The notes beneath the pieces are model-generated. The model searched no databases and was not told the origin of the DNA. It saw only the letters and a program-made list of their open reading frames with translations. The position numbers and the translations under genes were made by a program. 64,000 nucleotides of DNA, taken from NCBI RefSeq assembly GCF_006345805.1, contig NC_043001.1, forward strand, positions 110,050,001-110,114,000. Reading direction: 5' to 3'. Below, piece after piece: positions 49,880 to 63,525 of this stretch. The number at the start of each line of letters is the position of its first letter. Position 1 is the stretch's first letter. The DNA is from Octopus sinensis. Taxonomy: Eukaryota.

Positions 49880-50318
49880 GTCCTTTCTATTCTAGGCACA
49901 AGGTCCGACATTTTTGGCGGGTGCAGGGGCCCGTCGATTGGATCGACCTCAGTACTCAAATAGTACATAATTTATCGACCCCGAAGAGATGAAAATCAAA
50001 GTCGACCTCGACGGAATTTCAGCTTAGAACGTATAGACAGACGAAATACCTCAAAACATTTCGCCTGGCCTTCCTAACGTTTCTTACTTCTTTATTGCCA
50101 ACAAGGAGCTAAACACAGAGAGAACAAACAAGGACAGACAAAGAGACTAAGTCGAGTACATCGACCCCAGTACGCAACTGGTACTTAATTTATCGACCCC
50201 GAAAGGATGAAAGGTAAAGTCGACCTCGGCGGAATTTGAACTCAGAACGTAAAGACAGATGAAATATCGCTAAGCATTTCGCCCGGCCTTTCTAACGTTT
50301 CTGCCAGCTCGCCGCTTT
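49880..50318 (-). mobile_element. SINE group B dimer or composite
   Basis: Two group B bodies and a head. Confidence 0.85.
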
Positions 50319-50904
50319 GGGATTTGAAAACAACACGTGTATGTATATGTACATAAAGACATACACACGTACCTGTCTACATATATACATACATACACAC
50401 TCATACATACACATTCACACACACTCACATTCATACCACACACCCACGCTTGAACCTAATATGTGTGTGTGTGTGTGTGCGTGTGTGTGTGTGTATGTGT
50501 GTATACACGCGCATACACATAAATATACATGATGTGCAAGTTGAAAGAGATATGCGCGCTTGTGCATGTGTGAATTTCCAATGGTTTCTGACTATGACGT
50601 TACGTCCATTGAAGCATTTCCACTTCTTCGCTGTTTCGTTGTAGATAGTGATCTCTCCGATAGCAAAGATATTTAATCAAGCTATTCCCACGTGTACACT
50701 TAAATGACATTCATTTGTACGGATGTGTATTTCTATATTTCTATATCACATATTGTGTTACTCGTCCATTAAAAACGTCATCGTGTAATTTTAGTGCTTT
50801 TTGAGTGAGATTTGTTTGCGATTATCAAAAGATTGTCTAGCCACGTAGGTGATTGCTTGCTGGCTTCTTATTCTTTATTTGCAGCATTTTTGAGGTACGC
50901 ATAT

Positions 50905-50964
<60 letters not shown>

Positions 50965-51232
50965 GTACATGTATATATATACGTGTCAGTGGACAAGAAA
51001 GTAAAAAGAAAAAAAGGGGTACTCGAATCATTATATAGAATTACATGTACTCTTATTTTTGATAGCATATGAATTTTGCTCCATGCATTTCAAGAGTCTT
51101 GTATGCTGGTCATTCGATCACCCATACCTGACGAGCTAGGTTCGTATGACGAGCTTACGAAACTTTAAGTTGTAATGACCCTGATCAAACTTACTAAAAA
51201 GTAATATATATACATACATACATATATATATA

Positions 51233-51271
<39 letters not shown>

Positions 51272-51364
51272 TGTTGTGTGGTGTGTGTGTGTGTGTGTGT
51301 GTGGGTGTGTGTGGTGAGTGTATCGTGTGTGTGTTGTGCGTGTGTATGTACGCATGTATGCATT

Positions 51365-51720
51365 AGTCTTTTACTTGTTTCACTCACTTGAGTGCGACCA
51401 TGTTGGATCACTGCTTTTAGTCGAACAAATCAATACCAGGATTTATTCGTTGTAAGCCTAGTACTTATTCTATCGGTTCCTTTTCCGGAACCGCTAAGAT
51501 ACGGGGACGTAAACACACCAACACCAATTGTCAAGCGATGGTGCGAGGATGAGGGACAAACACAAACACACGACGGGCTTCTTTCAGTTTCCTTCTACTA
51601 TATCCGTTTACAAGACTTTGGTCAGTCCGAGACTATAGTTGAAGACGTTCGCCCAAGGTACCACTCAGTGGGAATGAACTCGGAACCATGTGTTTGGTAT
51701 GCAAACTTCTTAACACGTTA
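51365..51720 (-). mobile_element. SINE group A
   Basis: Colinear with group A. Confidence 0.85.
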
Positions 51721-51764
51721 CTCCAAAATTTGTTGCAATCAAGTGAATTTCCAAATACCTAAGA

Positions 51765-51922
51765 GATTATATCGACCCCTGTGCTTAACTGGTACTTATT
51801 TAATCGACCCCGAAATAATGAAAGGCAAAGTCGACCTCGGCGGAATTTGAACTTAGAACGTAGCGACAGACGAAATACCGCAAAGTACTTCGCCCGGCGT
51901 GCTAACGTTTCTGCCAGCTCGT
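51765..51922 (-). mobile_element. SINE group B, head and partial body
   Basis: AAAGGCAAAGTCGACCTCGGCGGAATTTGAAC..CTGCCAGCTCG. Confidence 0.88.
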
Positions 51923-52397
51923 CTCAATAATAATAATAATAATAATAATAATAATCTGATGTACCACTAACAGCATTACCACCACCAACAACGACATCAT
52001 CATCGTCACCGGTAGACGTCGTCGTCGTCATCACCACTATCCTCACATCACCGTCCTCTTTGTCGTCATCATCATCATCATCAACATCATCATCATCACT
52101 ACCTTCATCATCATGAACCATAGTTTTCACGATCACCGATCTTATAAATAAGTAATGCAAATATTTGCATAAAATGTCGTGTCTCTTCACTAAGTCCTAC
52201 TGACTCCCTCCCCGTACAGACAACGCATACTAAATGATAAAAATCTGACTTCAGGCGTTGACAGCCTACGTCACCAATATTTAAAGACAAAGAATCTAAT
52301 AATAACTAGAGTGAAAAACTTCGCTGTTGTTCATGAAAATCGGTTGTCGATATATTTAAACTGTCTGAATAATAATTTCACATCGTACTCTCGTTGT

Positions 52398-52612
52398 TCG
52401 TCAGAAACGCTAGCACGTCGGGTGAAAGGATCTCGTCTGCTGCTACGTTCTGAGTTCAAATTCCGCCGAGGTCGATTTTGCTTTTCATCCTTTCGGGGTC
52501 GATTAAATAAGTACCAGTTACGCACTGGAGTCGATATAATCGACTTAATCCGTTTGTCTTGTCCTTGTTTCTCCTCTCTGTGTTTAACCCCCTGTGGGTA
52601 GTAAAGAAATAG
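52398..52612 (+). mobile_element. SINE group B monomer
   Basis: Group B body. Confidence 0.85.
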
Positions 52613-52702
52613 GATCGATCTGAACTCGTGTAACTATTGATAAAATTTATTGTAACATAGCCACGAGGTAGCAAAGCCTTGCTGATGAAATTGTTTTCGT
52701 TA

Positions 52703-53050
52703 GTTAGTTAGTTAGTTAGTTAATTTGGCTCAAAAGCAAATAGCAAGGCCATGTAGGGGGACATGGAGTTAAGTACAGGGTGGTGTTCATGTAAAGAGTT
52801 CAGGCCACTTGAGGTCAAGGGAGGCCTTGAACAAAGCGGTCGTCGGCATCTTCACCATCTCGTCTGGCAGCTTGTTCCACGGATCCGCAACCCGGACGGA
52901 GAAAGCTCCTCTCCTTCGATTGAGATGAAATCGTCGCAGGTAGAGCTTTTCGGAATGACCCCGTAGCCGACGAACAGCTCTTTCAAGAGGTTACACTTTC
53001 CGCTTATGATGCTGTGGGCGAGAATGAGACGCAGACTGTGCAACAGATCC
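52703..53050 (-). mobile_element. CR1 LINE 3' end with (AACT)n tail
   Basis: RLRGHSEKLYLRRFHLNRRRGAFSVRVADPWNKLPDEMVKMPTTALFKASLDLKWPELFT*, the classic CR1 C-terminus. Confidence 0.9.
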
Positions 53051-53872
53051 TCTAAGTGACCTTTTTCTGATTTTCTTTTCTGTGTCTCGGAGTAGAAACT
53101 GATGAATAAAGAAATCAAGCTACGTAAACAAACAGCAGCAAAACTGTTCAGAAATTAAATAATAAACTTAAATTTATCCTCGACAATTTCTAGTTTTTTC
53201 AATTTTGAATATTTCGCTCCAGTTTAAAACATCTTATCTACTTGATGATTGCATTTCTAGCTCTGCCTTGATGGAAACTTTACTTCTTGGACTCACATTT
53301 TCGTGCGTAACGACGTTGTTAAACCTCCGTTGTTAAACCTCCGTATGCAGGTTCTTTACCTTTTCTTCCACGCACGGATAAATTTTCCACTATAAACCTT
53401 AATGGTCGTACAGACACTAGACTAAAAAAGGCCTTCATAGAGGATAATGTCCTTGTTCCCACTACAGGCGACACACACAAACACATAAAATTACAAATAC
53501 GGCCCGCACACCCATTTTCACATTCCATGACTACTATTGCGAATGATCAGGTACCGGATACGGATTCTGTATTATTTTCCGGGTTTTCTTTTTCTTTTTT
53601 TTCACTGAATTTTTGATAGCGGTGGGGTTCATGTTTAGCATTCTCGTTTGTGAGAGCAGTCAAGTATATTTCAGATATTCTCATTTTAAAAATCATTTCC
53701 GGCTAATCGTTGAGAAGACGTTCTTGTTGCCTTGGCGGATGTCTTCTTCTTCTTCTTCTTCTTATTATTATTATTATTATCATTATTATTATTATTATTA
53801 TTATTATCAATAATAATAATAATAATAATAATGATAATAATAATAATAATAATAATAGTAATAATAATAATA

Positions 53873-54150
53873 AAGGGATATCCGAAACATCTAGATAGGC
53901 TCCCAGGAGAACCATGTCTCAGAGAAATCCAAAAGATTATGCTGTGAAGTACTGTACACATTCTTAGAAAAAAACCAATACATTTAAATGTCTGTGTTGT
54001 ATTACATGAAGATATTTCGCTTCTGGCCCTACCACTTCCCCTCCCCAAGCTTTCAGTCATACTTTAACATCTCTTATCCTTTACTCGCCCTAAGACTTTG
54101 GGCGTGTCTCGGCAAATGATTGTAACAAACATGCAGATTAAAAATAAATA
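53873..54150 (+). mobile_element. R4/Dong-type LINE 3' remnant between two (TAA)n arrays
   Basis: KGYPKHLDRLPGEPCLREIQKIM..HILRK. The UTR is homologous to 29260-29500. Confidence 0.85.
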
Positions 54151-54160
54151 AATGATAATG

Positions 54161-54242
<82 letters not shown>

Positions 54243-54434
54243 CAGTGTTTTCTACTATAAGCAGAAGGCCTGAAAATTTGAAGGGAGGTTTAAGTCGATT
54301 AGATCGACTTCAGTACTCAACTGGTACTTAATTTATTGATCCCGAAAGCATAAAAGGCAAACCCGATGAAATTGACTTTACACCCTCCATCTACGTTGCT
54401 GGCCTTGTGCCAAAATTTACATACACACACACAC

Positions 54435-54467
<33 letters not shown>

Positions 54468-55034
54468 GAGGAGAGATGACCAAACTGGTCATACTGTTCT
54501 GGGCTCCCACTACGTCCACTAGGACTTACTCCATTTCATCTTTGCGCAACCTCCTCACTAAGTTTGTTCGATAGTTGCAAAGCTCCTTCTGTTGTATTTG
54601 TAATATATGTATAATTATCATATTCTTCTTCTGTTGTATACAGCCGTAAGGTTTCCTGCTGTTATATATATGCATAATTCATTGTGTGTTGTATTTATAT
54701 AATTTATATAATGATTTCTTTGTTTCTGTCTTAGCTAGCTTTTCCTCCAGTAGCTTAATAACAACAGTGGCACCTCCAAAACTGAGTGAAACTTCTATGA
54801 TACTTTAGGTCATTGACCGACGAGGAAAAGTGGGCTGCGAATGTTCCGTGTATCGTGTCTTTTAAATTTCCTGTCTGTTAAGCTTTCGTCTAACATTTTG
54901 TCTTCGTTGTGTTCGTTCTGTTCAACCGCTATACATACATACATACATACATACATACATACATACATACACATACATACATACATACACACATACATGC
55001 ACACATACATACTTACATACATACATGCATACAT

Positions 55035-55128
55035 ACATGCACCTTGGACAAGTGTCTTCTACCATAGCCTCGGGTCGACCAAAGCCTTATGAGTGGATTT
55101 GTTAGACGGAAACTGAAAGAAGACCGTC

Positions 55129-55179
<51 letters not shown>

Positions 55180-55380
55180 TGTGTGCATATTTGTGTGTGT
55201 GTCCCCAACATTGCAGGTGTGTTTACGTCCCCGTAATTTTGCGGTTCGGCAAAAGAAACCGATATAATAAGTACTAGGCTTACAAAGAATAAGTCCTTGG
55301 GTCGATTTGCTCGACTAAAGGCGGTGCTCCAGCTTGGCCGCAGTCAAATGACTGAAACAAGTAAAAGAGTAAAAGAGTAT
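55035..55380 (+). mobile_element. SINE group A, 5'-truncated
   Basis: CACCTTGGACAAGTGTCTTC through GACTGAAACAAGTAAAAGAGTAAAAGAGT. Confidence 0.9.
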
Positions 55381-56074
55381 ATATATATACACGAAGATCT
55401 TAAAACAAGTGTATATGAGGGGATACTTGCACATAGTCGCTTAAAACACCTCACCGTTTTAATATATTGAAGGACACAATACACACGCAAAATCATTTCT
55501 CTCTCACACACGCACATGCACACGCGCACACACACACATGCACGCACGCACACGAATCCTTTCTGCTGTCGGCACAAATCCTGAAATCTTGAGGCAGGAT
55601 TCTAGACGATTACAACAGCTCCGGGGCTCAACTGGTTGTTTATTCATCGGGTGGAAAGAGATGATAGACAGAGCCGACTTCGGTGGATTTGAACTCAGAA
55701 CTCAAAACCAGAAGAATTGCTGTTAAGCCAAGTGCCAGCTGTGCATTGGATTCGATGCAATCGACTAGACCATGCCACTCAAATTTGAGGTTTCTTGCCT
55801 TTTGTAGAATGTATAATGTACACCGAACAAGATTGTGTACATCAGTTTTTAGTGTCATCATACATATGTCGACTAATCATAGGTGTGTCATAAATTTTAA
55901 ATGCCAAGGAAATCATGTTTACAAATATATGCCAAGTTCAGGGTTACCAGACCTGTGACCAACAACATCATAATCCGGATTAATGTTGAAAACATGATAA
56001 CCATGACAAATGTATAGATAGATACATACATGCTTACATATATACCTACTTACACATACACACAAACATGTATA

Positions 56075-56200
56075 TATAGGGAAGACGAAGACAGGTGGTG
56101 TAGACAACAAAAGACGAAGACAGGTGGTGTAGACAACAAACAGATGTATTAGTATAACGTTCGGTAAGTGAAAAAAGTCTTTAAGTTTTCGAGCCTTAGA
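56075..56200 (-). mobile_element. Probable Penelope-like terminal remnant with a local duplication of about 29 bp
   Basis: AAGACGAAGACAGGTGGTGTAGACAACAA occurs twice. Related to 63590-63650. Minus strand has GCTCGAAAACTTAAAG. Confidence 0.45.
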
Positions 56201-56255
56201 AAGGAGAGAAGGAGAGAAAGTAAAGATATATGTATATAACAAGGAGAGAAAGTAA

Positions 56256-56320
<65 letters not shown>

Positions 56321-56378
56321 TTTATTGCGTTTCTGGTAATTCAGAGGCATATGTGGAAAATAGAAAAGATAGAAAAGA

Positions 56379-56424
<46 letters not shown>

Positions 56425-56859
56425 GGAGAAGAAGTGTAATGAAACAGAGGCAAAGAGCAATAGGAGAAACAGCGAGTATGTGTGTTTGAGAAAAAGGCAG
56501 ATAAAACAAGAGAAGAGAAATTTGAAAGGTATCGCTTTCATTGCGATACAAAATGCTCACAGTGAACTTACATGACTCTAATATTAGCCATCACTTACTA
56601 CTGCCAAGACAACATAGAATTTGTTTTTTTCCTTATTAGTATCTCGGTTTATGTTTTTTTTCTGTTTTGGTAACACGCTTAAAAGCCATAATCGGTCTCT
56701 TAGAGATGCTGCATCTATTCACGTTGATACCGTTGATTAAACCCAAGAATTACCGTTATCCAGACCTATAACCATTACGCTCCAACCCCATATTTTTGTC
56801 GAGGAAACCCAATCGTGGACCTTATTATCAAATAAAAGATTTGTGTTCTTGCTACTGTG

Positions 56860-57290
56860 GCTAAAGGCGACGAACTGGCAAAATCGTTAGCTCGCCGGGC
56901 AAAATCCTTAGCGTTATTTCGTCTACCGTTACGTTCTGAGTTCAAATTCCGCCGAGGTCGACTTTGCCTTTCAACCTTCGGGGTCGATAAATAAAGTACC
57001 AGTTTCGCACTGGGGTCGATGTAACCGACTTAATCCATTTGTCTTTCCTTGTTTGTCCCCTCTATGTTTAGCCTCTTGTGGGTAGTACAGAAATAGGTAT
57101 TTCGTCTGCCGCTACGTTCTGAGTTCAAATTCCGCCGAGGTCGACTTTGCCTTCCATCCTTTCGGGGTCGATTATATAAGAAACAAGTAACGCATAGGGT
57201 CGATATAATCGACTTAATCCTTTTGTCTGTCCTTGTTTGTCCTCTGTGTTTAGCCTCTTGTCGGTAGTAAAGAAATAGGTATTTCATTTC
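56860..57290 (+). mobile_element. SINE group B: head plus tandem units of about 183 bp
   Basis: TATTTC junction at 56915, 57098 and 57280. Confidence 0.92.
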
Positions 57291-58008
57291 GCATTACGTT
57301 TTGAATTTAAATCCCGGCCATATTTTATAATTCTTCGGCTTATAATTCTTTCGGAGGTTGATCAAATGCGTCCTAATTGAGACCTGGCGGTCGATGTAAT
57401 TCATTTGACCTGTCCAAACTAAATATCCGGTCTTGTACCTAGAGTAGAAAATGATAAATTCTTACAAAAACATAGAGTTGGGACTCTATGAACACTGAAT
57501 GAAAGCCACGTTAAAGGTACATGTGTCTGTAGACTCCCCAGTCACTTCCACGTTAATTTTATAAACACACTGCATCATTGATTGGTTCCTCTGGAACCCT
57601 CCTCGTTATAACCAACGGAATGCTATTTTTATGATTGTGTGATGTATTTTGAGGAAAATTTAGCCATATCATTTAGGTGTTCTAATTTGTTTTAGGTTGT
57701 AATGTTTCATTTTTAAAATTGGGGTAAATTAACTAGGCTGTGATGAAGCACATATTACTATATAAATATGTAGGTATTGTGTAAATAACTGTGTTCATTC
57801 ATACAATAATTATCAGAAAGAACTGACCTAAAAATGGCGAAGAAAAAATATACATTCACATGCATTCACAGACACACACGAACACACATGCTCAGGCAAA
57901 CACGCACACATGCACGCGCGCGCCTACACTACAGTACACACACAAATATGTATACGTTAACACATATACACAGACACACAAACACACATAAATATATTTA
58001 TATATATA

Positions 58009-58365
58009 CAGAGATACCTCGCAGTACGAGTTTAATTTGTTCCCTGACCGAGCTCGTCTTACGATTTACTCGTTTTATAAATTAATTTCCCTCATTGAAA
58101 TTAACTAAATAATAATTAATCCGTTCCAGCACCCCCAAAAACACTCAAAAATAATTTTTCATTGGTTTTAAAACAGAAAGGGTGTAGTTACAAGAAAAAT
58201 GACAATTATAAAACAAAAAATGCAGAAGAAATACATAAACTGGTTTTATTATCTTAAAGATTTGCCTGCTCGTACTGTGGATTTCTGCACGTAATTCAAG
58301 TTAAAAATTTGCACGAGTCTTGGCTCGTACAGCAAATTACTGGTACAATGGTGTACTCGTACTGA
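58009..58365. mobile_element. pogo/Tigger-like MITE; 3' inverted repeat interrupted by a SINE
   Basis: TA|CAGAGATACCTCGCAGTACGAG at the left and CTCGTACTG at the right, cut by a group B head. Confidence 0.55.
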
Positions 58366-58550
58366 AGGCAGCGAGCTGGCAGAAGCGTTAGCACGGTGGG
58401 CGAAATGCTTACCAGCATTTCGTCTGCCTTTACGTTCTGAGCTCAAATTCCGCCGAGGTTGACTTTGCTTTCCATCAGTCTGGGAATCGAAAACACAACC
58501 CTACGACCGCGAGTCCTGTGCCCTAACCACTGGGCCATTGTGCCTCCACA
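58366..58550. mobile_element. Tail-to-tail junction of a group B SINE head (+) and a group C SINE head (-)
   Basis: AAGGCAGCGAGCTGGCAGAAGCGTTAG at 58366 and CCCTAACCACTGGGCCATTGTGCCTCCAC ending near 58550. Confidence 0.85.
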
Positions 58551-58591
<41 letters not shown>

Positions 58592-58690
58592 TACACACAT
58601 ATACATATATATATATATTTATGTATACATACATAAGTGTGTGTGTGTGTGTATGCATAAGTGTATGATCTTGTGTGTGGAAGGGAGAGA

Positions 58691-58744
<54 letters not shown>

Positions 58745-58854
58745 AGTGGTGTGATTGACAACGAGTGACAGTGCGAGGAGGAAAAATGTATTTGGAAAAG
58801 GAACAAAAATAGTGTGAGTTTGGATTAATTTGAAAATTCGGATTATTAAAATAT

Positions 58855-58885
58855 CACCGAGTCGTCTCCGACGTGCGTTTATATA
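58855..58885 (-). promoter_or_regulatory. Candidate TATA plus initiator core promoter
   Basis: Minus-strand TATATAAA (58885-58878) with TCGGT about 27 nt downstream. Lies in a CpG-rich patch with an upstream CACGTG and a downstream (CT)n tract. Confidence 0.22.
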
Positions 58886-60077
58886 GAAGACGCCATCCAC
58901 GTGTGCTATGGACATCCTTTGTTATCACAATATCCACGGCGCAAGTAGACGGCGAATCCTACATCATTTTCGGATTGAGCACTCCTACCCTCATCACATT
59001 CTGTTGCTTGTTATCATTCCTGGAATTGCATGTCACCATTCATTGAACCATAAATGCGCCTCTTCATTTTCTAAGTAGTAACTTGAGATTTTTACATCTA
59101 CATCATTTCCTTTTCCTAATTCCTCGTTTATAATCCATCAAATTTTTATGACTAAGTTTCGTGGCGTTTAATATGTCTCCATGTTGACGAAGGACTAAAT
59201 ATAATTTAAAATTTATAATCGAAATTTCCTCATATTTCTTTTTAAAGAGAATTACCCATAAAACTGTTTCTTTGTCATACCATTAAAAAAAAAAAAAACA
59301 TAGCTGACAAACGGTTTAAAGTTGTGTTTTCTTTTCTTGTCTGCCTGTCTGTGTCACGTGATGTGTCGCCTGCACTTTTCCTTTCGATGCGTTTTATGCT
59401 GTGTGTCATCATGATACCGTTAGTCTTTCCTTCCTTCCATATCTGGCGTATATGCTTGTCTGTTTATCTATTCTTCATTCTGTCTGTCAGTTTGACTATC
59501 TCACTCTGTCCATCTGTCTTTCTATCTGTCTGACCCCCCCACCAACCCCCACTTTATTCTCTGCCTCTCTCGTTCTTTTACTCTCTCTCTCTCTCTATCT
59601 ATCTATCTCTCTCCTCTCTCTCTCTCTCTCTCTCTTGCTTGCTTTATAACTTTAGCATAAACATTAGCATCATCAAAAATTGATGGTGTGGTTGATGACG
59701 GGTTGACGGCGATGATGATGAGAGAGACGAAAAAGAGAAGGATAAAAATGATGATGGTGGTGGCGATGATGATGATAATGATGATGGTAGGGAGAAGAAA
59801 CAAGAGAAAGTGGAATAGATAATGATGAAAATGACGACGACGAAGACTTTTGATGATCGGGGTGGTAACGATGTTGAGGAGGATGAAGAGATGAAGGTTA
59901 TGAAAGTATTGAGAAGGAGGAGGGGTTATCATAATGAAGAAGAGGAAAAGGAGGATTAGACGATTATTATGATGACGACGACGATGGCGGCGATTGTGAT
60001 GGTCGAGGTGAGGTTGATGCTCATATTAACCCTACTGATGGCCACAAAACGATAATCACGAAGACTACAGATATTAT

Positions 60078-60380
60078 GTGGAGGCACATAGCCTAGTGGT
60101 TAGAGCAGCGAACTCGCGGTCGAGGGATCACGGGTTCGAATCTCAGACCGGGCGATGTGTGTGTTCATGAGCGAAACACCTAAGTTCCACGCGGCTCCAG
60201 CAGAAGGTCATGGTGAACCTCTGCTGACGCTTTTGCCACAACTTTCTCTCTCTTGCATCTTGCAGCCCACCTGCGACGGACCGGCGTACCGCCCAGGTGG
60301 GGAACCTATACGCCAAGGAAACCGGGAAACCGGCCCTTATGAGCCAGGTGTGGCTCGAGAAGGAACTAACAACAACAACA
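60078..60380 (+). mobile_element. SINE with group C head and core but a different 3' tail
   Basis: GTGGAGGCACATAGCCTAGTGGTTAG..GAGCGAAACACCTAAG..CCACAACTTTCTCTC shared with 26685-27066. Tail GGAAACCGGCCCTTATGAGCC..GGCTCGAGAAGGAAC-(AAC)n. Confidence 0.85.
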
Positions 60381-60659
60381 GATATAGCGTCGACAATGGC
60401 GACCACGACCACAGCTACTATTCTTAGAACGACAAGAATTATGATGAGGACACCAATGACGATGATGATGATGTTAATAATGACGGTGTCGATAATATGG
60501 AAATAGATTAGACATAGTAAGAACGTTATTTCAGGCGGTGGATTGTCAGAAGTGTAAGAGAATCGGAAAAATTGTTTTCAGTTCTGCGTTGAAAGACAAC
60601 CGACGGCCATTTTGTCTTTCACCGCCGTGGAGTCCAGAAGATATCATTTTAAATATAGC

Positions 60660-61030
60660 TTTTATCTTTTACTTATTTCAGTCAATAGATTATAGCCATG
60701 CTGGGCCACCGACTTAAAGAATTTTTAGTTGAATGTGTTGACCACATTATTTATTGTTATTTTAAGCCTATATCTCTCTTTGTCGAAGCTAGGCGGACGT
60801 AAAAACACTAACACCGGTTTTCAAGCGTTGGTAGGAGACAAACATAGATACAAAAACACGCACTCACATATGTATACGACTACTTTATTTCGGTTTATTT
60901 CTTTCAGTTTCAATTTCCAAATCTACTAAAAGTGCTTTAGTAGAAGACACATGCCTAACATGCCACGCAGTGAGACTGAACCCGGAACTATGTGGCTGGA
61001 ATCCAAGTTTCTTACCACATGGTCACGCCT
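60660..61030 (-). mobile_element. SINE group A, decayed
   Basis: Group A tail and head. Confidence 0.75.
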
Positions 61031-62104
61031 GCGCCTACTTTATAACATTTCAAAACAAAAGAACCAAGATTAAGAATGTTAGCATTCAGGAAAGGAAATA
61101 GACATATTCGGTGACATAGTAGCTGATCAATCTCGTTATGAATTCACGTGTATTTGTCATCGCTAGAGCGTATTTGAGGATCGGTCTACTCGATCAGATG
61201 TAACGTGGAGCTAAATATCCACAAGATCACGAAGAGAGACGCAACGACAGCCACAACAACAACAAAAAATCTACTACAACGGAAACAAGAACCGTGACTG
61301 TACTGACAAAGGCAACAAAACAAATTGCATGTGAAGTAAATTACTAGAAATAAGAGCTGTTGCTCTTTAATTACATAGAGCCCTGTTCGGGGAGACCACT
61401 GTTGAAAGACTTTCCAGCAGGGAACAGCTATTCGTTTTTATCATATTCCCAGGAAACCCAGAAGCACGTTAATCAATACATTTTTCCCCCGTTTTTTGTA
61501 AGGCAAATTTGCTTGTTGTTTTTAGTTTCTTTCTTCGGACAACTCAACACTTATTTATCTTTCATCTGACAACTTAATATCTATCAATATGAAATGATAT
61601 AAAAGTCATGAAATCAGATCAGCTATCGTGTATCGCATCATGTATGAATAGATTCTTCTGAAAGGACCTGTGTGTGAGTGTGCTTCTATGTGAGTGTATT
61701 TAAGTATAAGAGCACTATACGATTACACAGTTGAAAATTACTAGAAAATCCGTTGGTTTAATGATAATATGTATTAAGGGAGCGAGATGAGCGAGAATAA
61801 TGAGAATGACAGATAGAATGCTTTGCAGTTTTTCTTGTCGCTCTTCAGGCGTCTTTGATTTTCAGTAGACATGTTTCAATTTAATAAGGTACTAACCAAG
61901 AACTGGGGTCGACAGAATCGGCTAGCATTTTCCTTCTCGAAATTGATGACGTTCTGCTTTAATAAGAAACCATTATTTAAGGTTGTAGATCGTCAGAACT
62001 GTAAGAAAATTCAAAAAATTGCTTCTGGTTCTGCGTTCAAAGAAACCTGATGTCTACTTTGTCTTTCACCAATGTGGAATCGAGAAAATAGAGAATAACA
62101 GCCT

Positions 62105-62330
62105 ATCTTTTATCATTTGCTTCTTTCAGTCATTAGACTGCGACCATGCTGCTGGCACCGCCTTGAAGAATCGACCCGGTTACTTGCATAAAACCTAGTA
62201 CTTATTCCATCGTTTTCTTTTGCCGAACCACTAAGATACGGAGACATAAACGAACCAACACCGGTTGTCAAGCAATGGAGGAGGGACAGAGATAGCAAAA
62301 TACACACACACACACACACACGCAAACACA
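62105..62330 (-). mobile_element. SINE group A, 3' half
   Basis: Group A tail. Confidence 0.8.
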
Positions 62331-63249
62331 CAGGAATACTTTTGATTTATATCTGAATGTCAGTATCCTGACATGCAGTATCATATTGTGTGCACATGCG
62401 TTGCAGTTTCCCCTAATGTTGTTGTTGCCACTGTTGTCGTTAGCGACAATTCTACTGTTGTTAGTGTCAGGCTTGTTTGTGTTTAGCCTTTGCCTTTCAT
62501 CCTTTCGGGGTCGATAAATTAAGTACCAGTTACGCACTGGGGTCGATCTAATCGACTAGGTCCCTCCCCACACATTTCGAGCCTTGTGCCTAGAATAGAA
62601 TAGATAACTAATTTCTTTTACTCTATCCACGAAACATCTTCTGAACCCTCTTTCCATTTTCGAAACGACAGAATTTAATATGACGGCGCTTCGGCTGCTT
62701 CACCTAACCAGTAAAATATTAGCTCGTGTGTGTATACATTTCTATGAAAGTGTGCCTCGAGATTTTGCGACATTTTCTGAATTTTAAGTCGACATTCCAG
62801 ACGCCACCATCAATTATACGCTCCCTTCCCAACCCATGTTTTCTATTTATATCTTCCTATTTTCTTTCATATATATTTTATATTTTCTCATATGTGTTAT
62901 GTTCTCTATTCATGTCTACGTTTTGTTAACAAGTGAAGCCTGTAGGAAGTTAAATATGCATTGTCTATATGACATAAGGTTATATCGCTTTATCGCTCCA
63001 TCGCTCTTTCTTTCTCTATCTGACTATTTCTTTATCTATCAATCTTATTCTGTTCACATATATACATACAGACCGTGCCCCAGCATGGCACAGTCTACTG
63101 ACTGAATTGAGTCAAAGATTATTAAACACACACACACACACACACACAACTCCCTCGCACCCCCCACACACATATCGTCGGTAAGACATAAATCCGGGAA
63201 AAAAAGCACACCCTAAGTTACAGAATAGTATATAATATAAAAAAAGTTA

Positions 63250-63525
63250 CATAGAGACGGTTCATGGGATTACTCTGGGTTTCACTTAATAAAACACTTC
63301 GCTTTCCGGCGTATCATAAGATCCCAAAACCTGTTGGCTTAATATCTCTCTAGCGAGTGGCCTCTCGCTAGACCGCCATTACGCTTAATGCACCTCGAAG
63401 CTTGACGCCTGTCTAGCTACAGGCCACTCGCTAGGGAGGCATTAAGCCAACAGGTTTTGGGATCTGATGATACCTTTATGGACTTTGTGAACGCGTAAAC
63501 CAAGGTAATCCCATAAACCGGCCTT
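63250..63525. mobile_element. MITE-like element with nested inverted repeats
   Basis: Outer GGTTCATGGGATTAC / GTAATCCCATAAACC. Inner arms of about 52 bp at 63311-63363/63421-63473. TA-flanked. Confidence 0.7.

Noticed and set aside
54529-54589. Minus-strand donor GGA|GTAAGT with open frame KELCNYRTNLVRRLRKDEME
   Set aside because: The acceptor lacks a pyrimidine tract and there is no homology.
60320-60365. CTTATGA-GCC..GGC as a hammerhead in a SINE tail
   Set aside because: The core is mutated and GAAA is not correctly placed. It is better explained as a LINE-derived 3' stem-loop.
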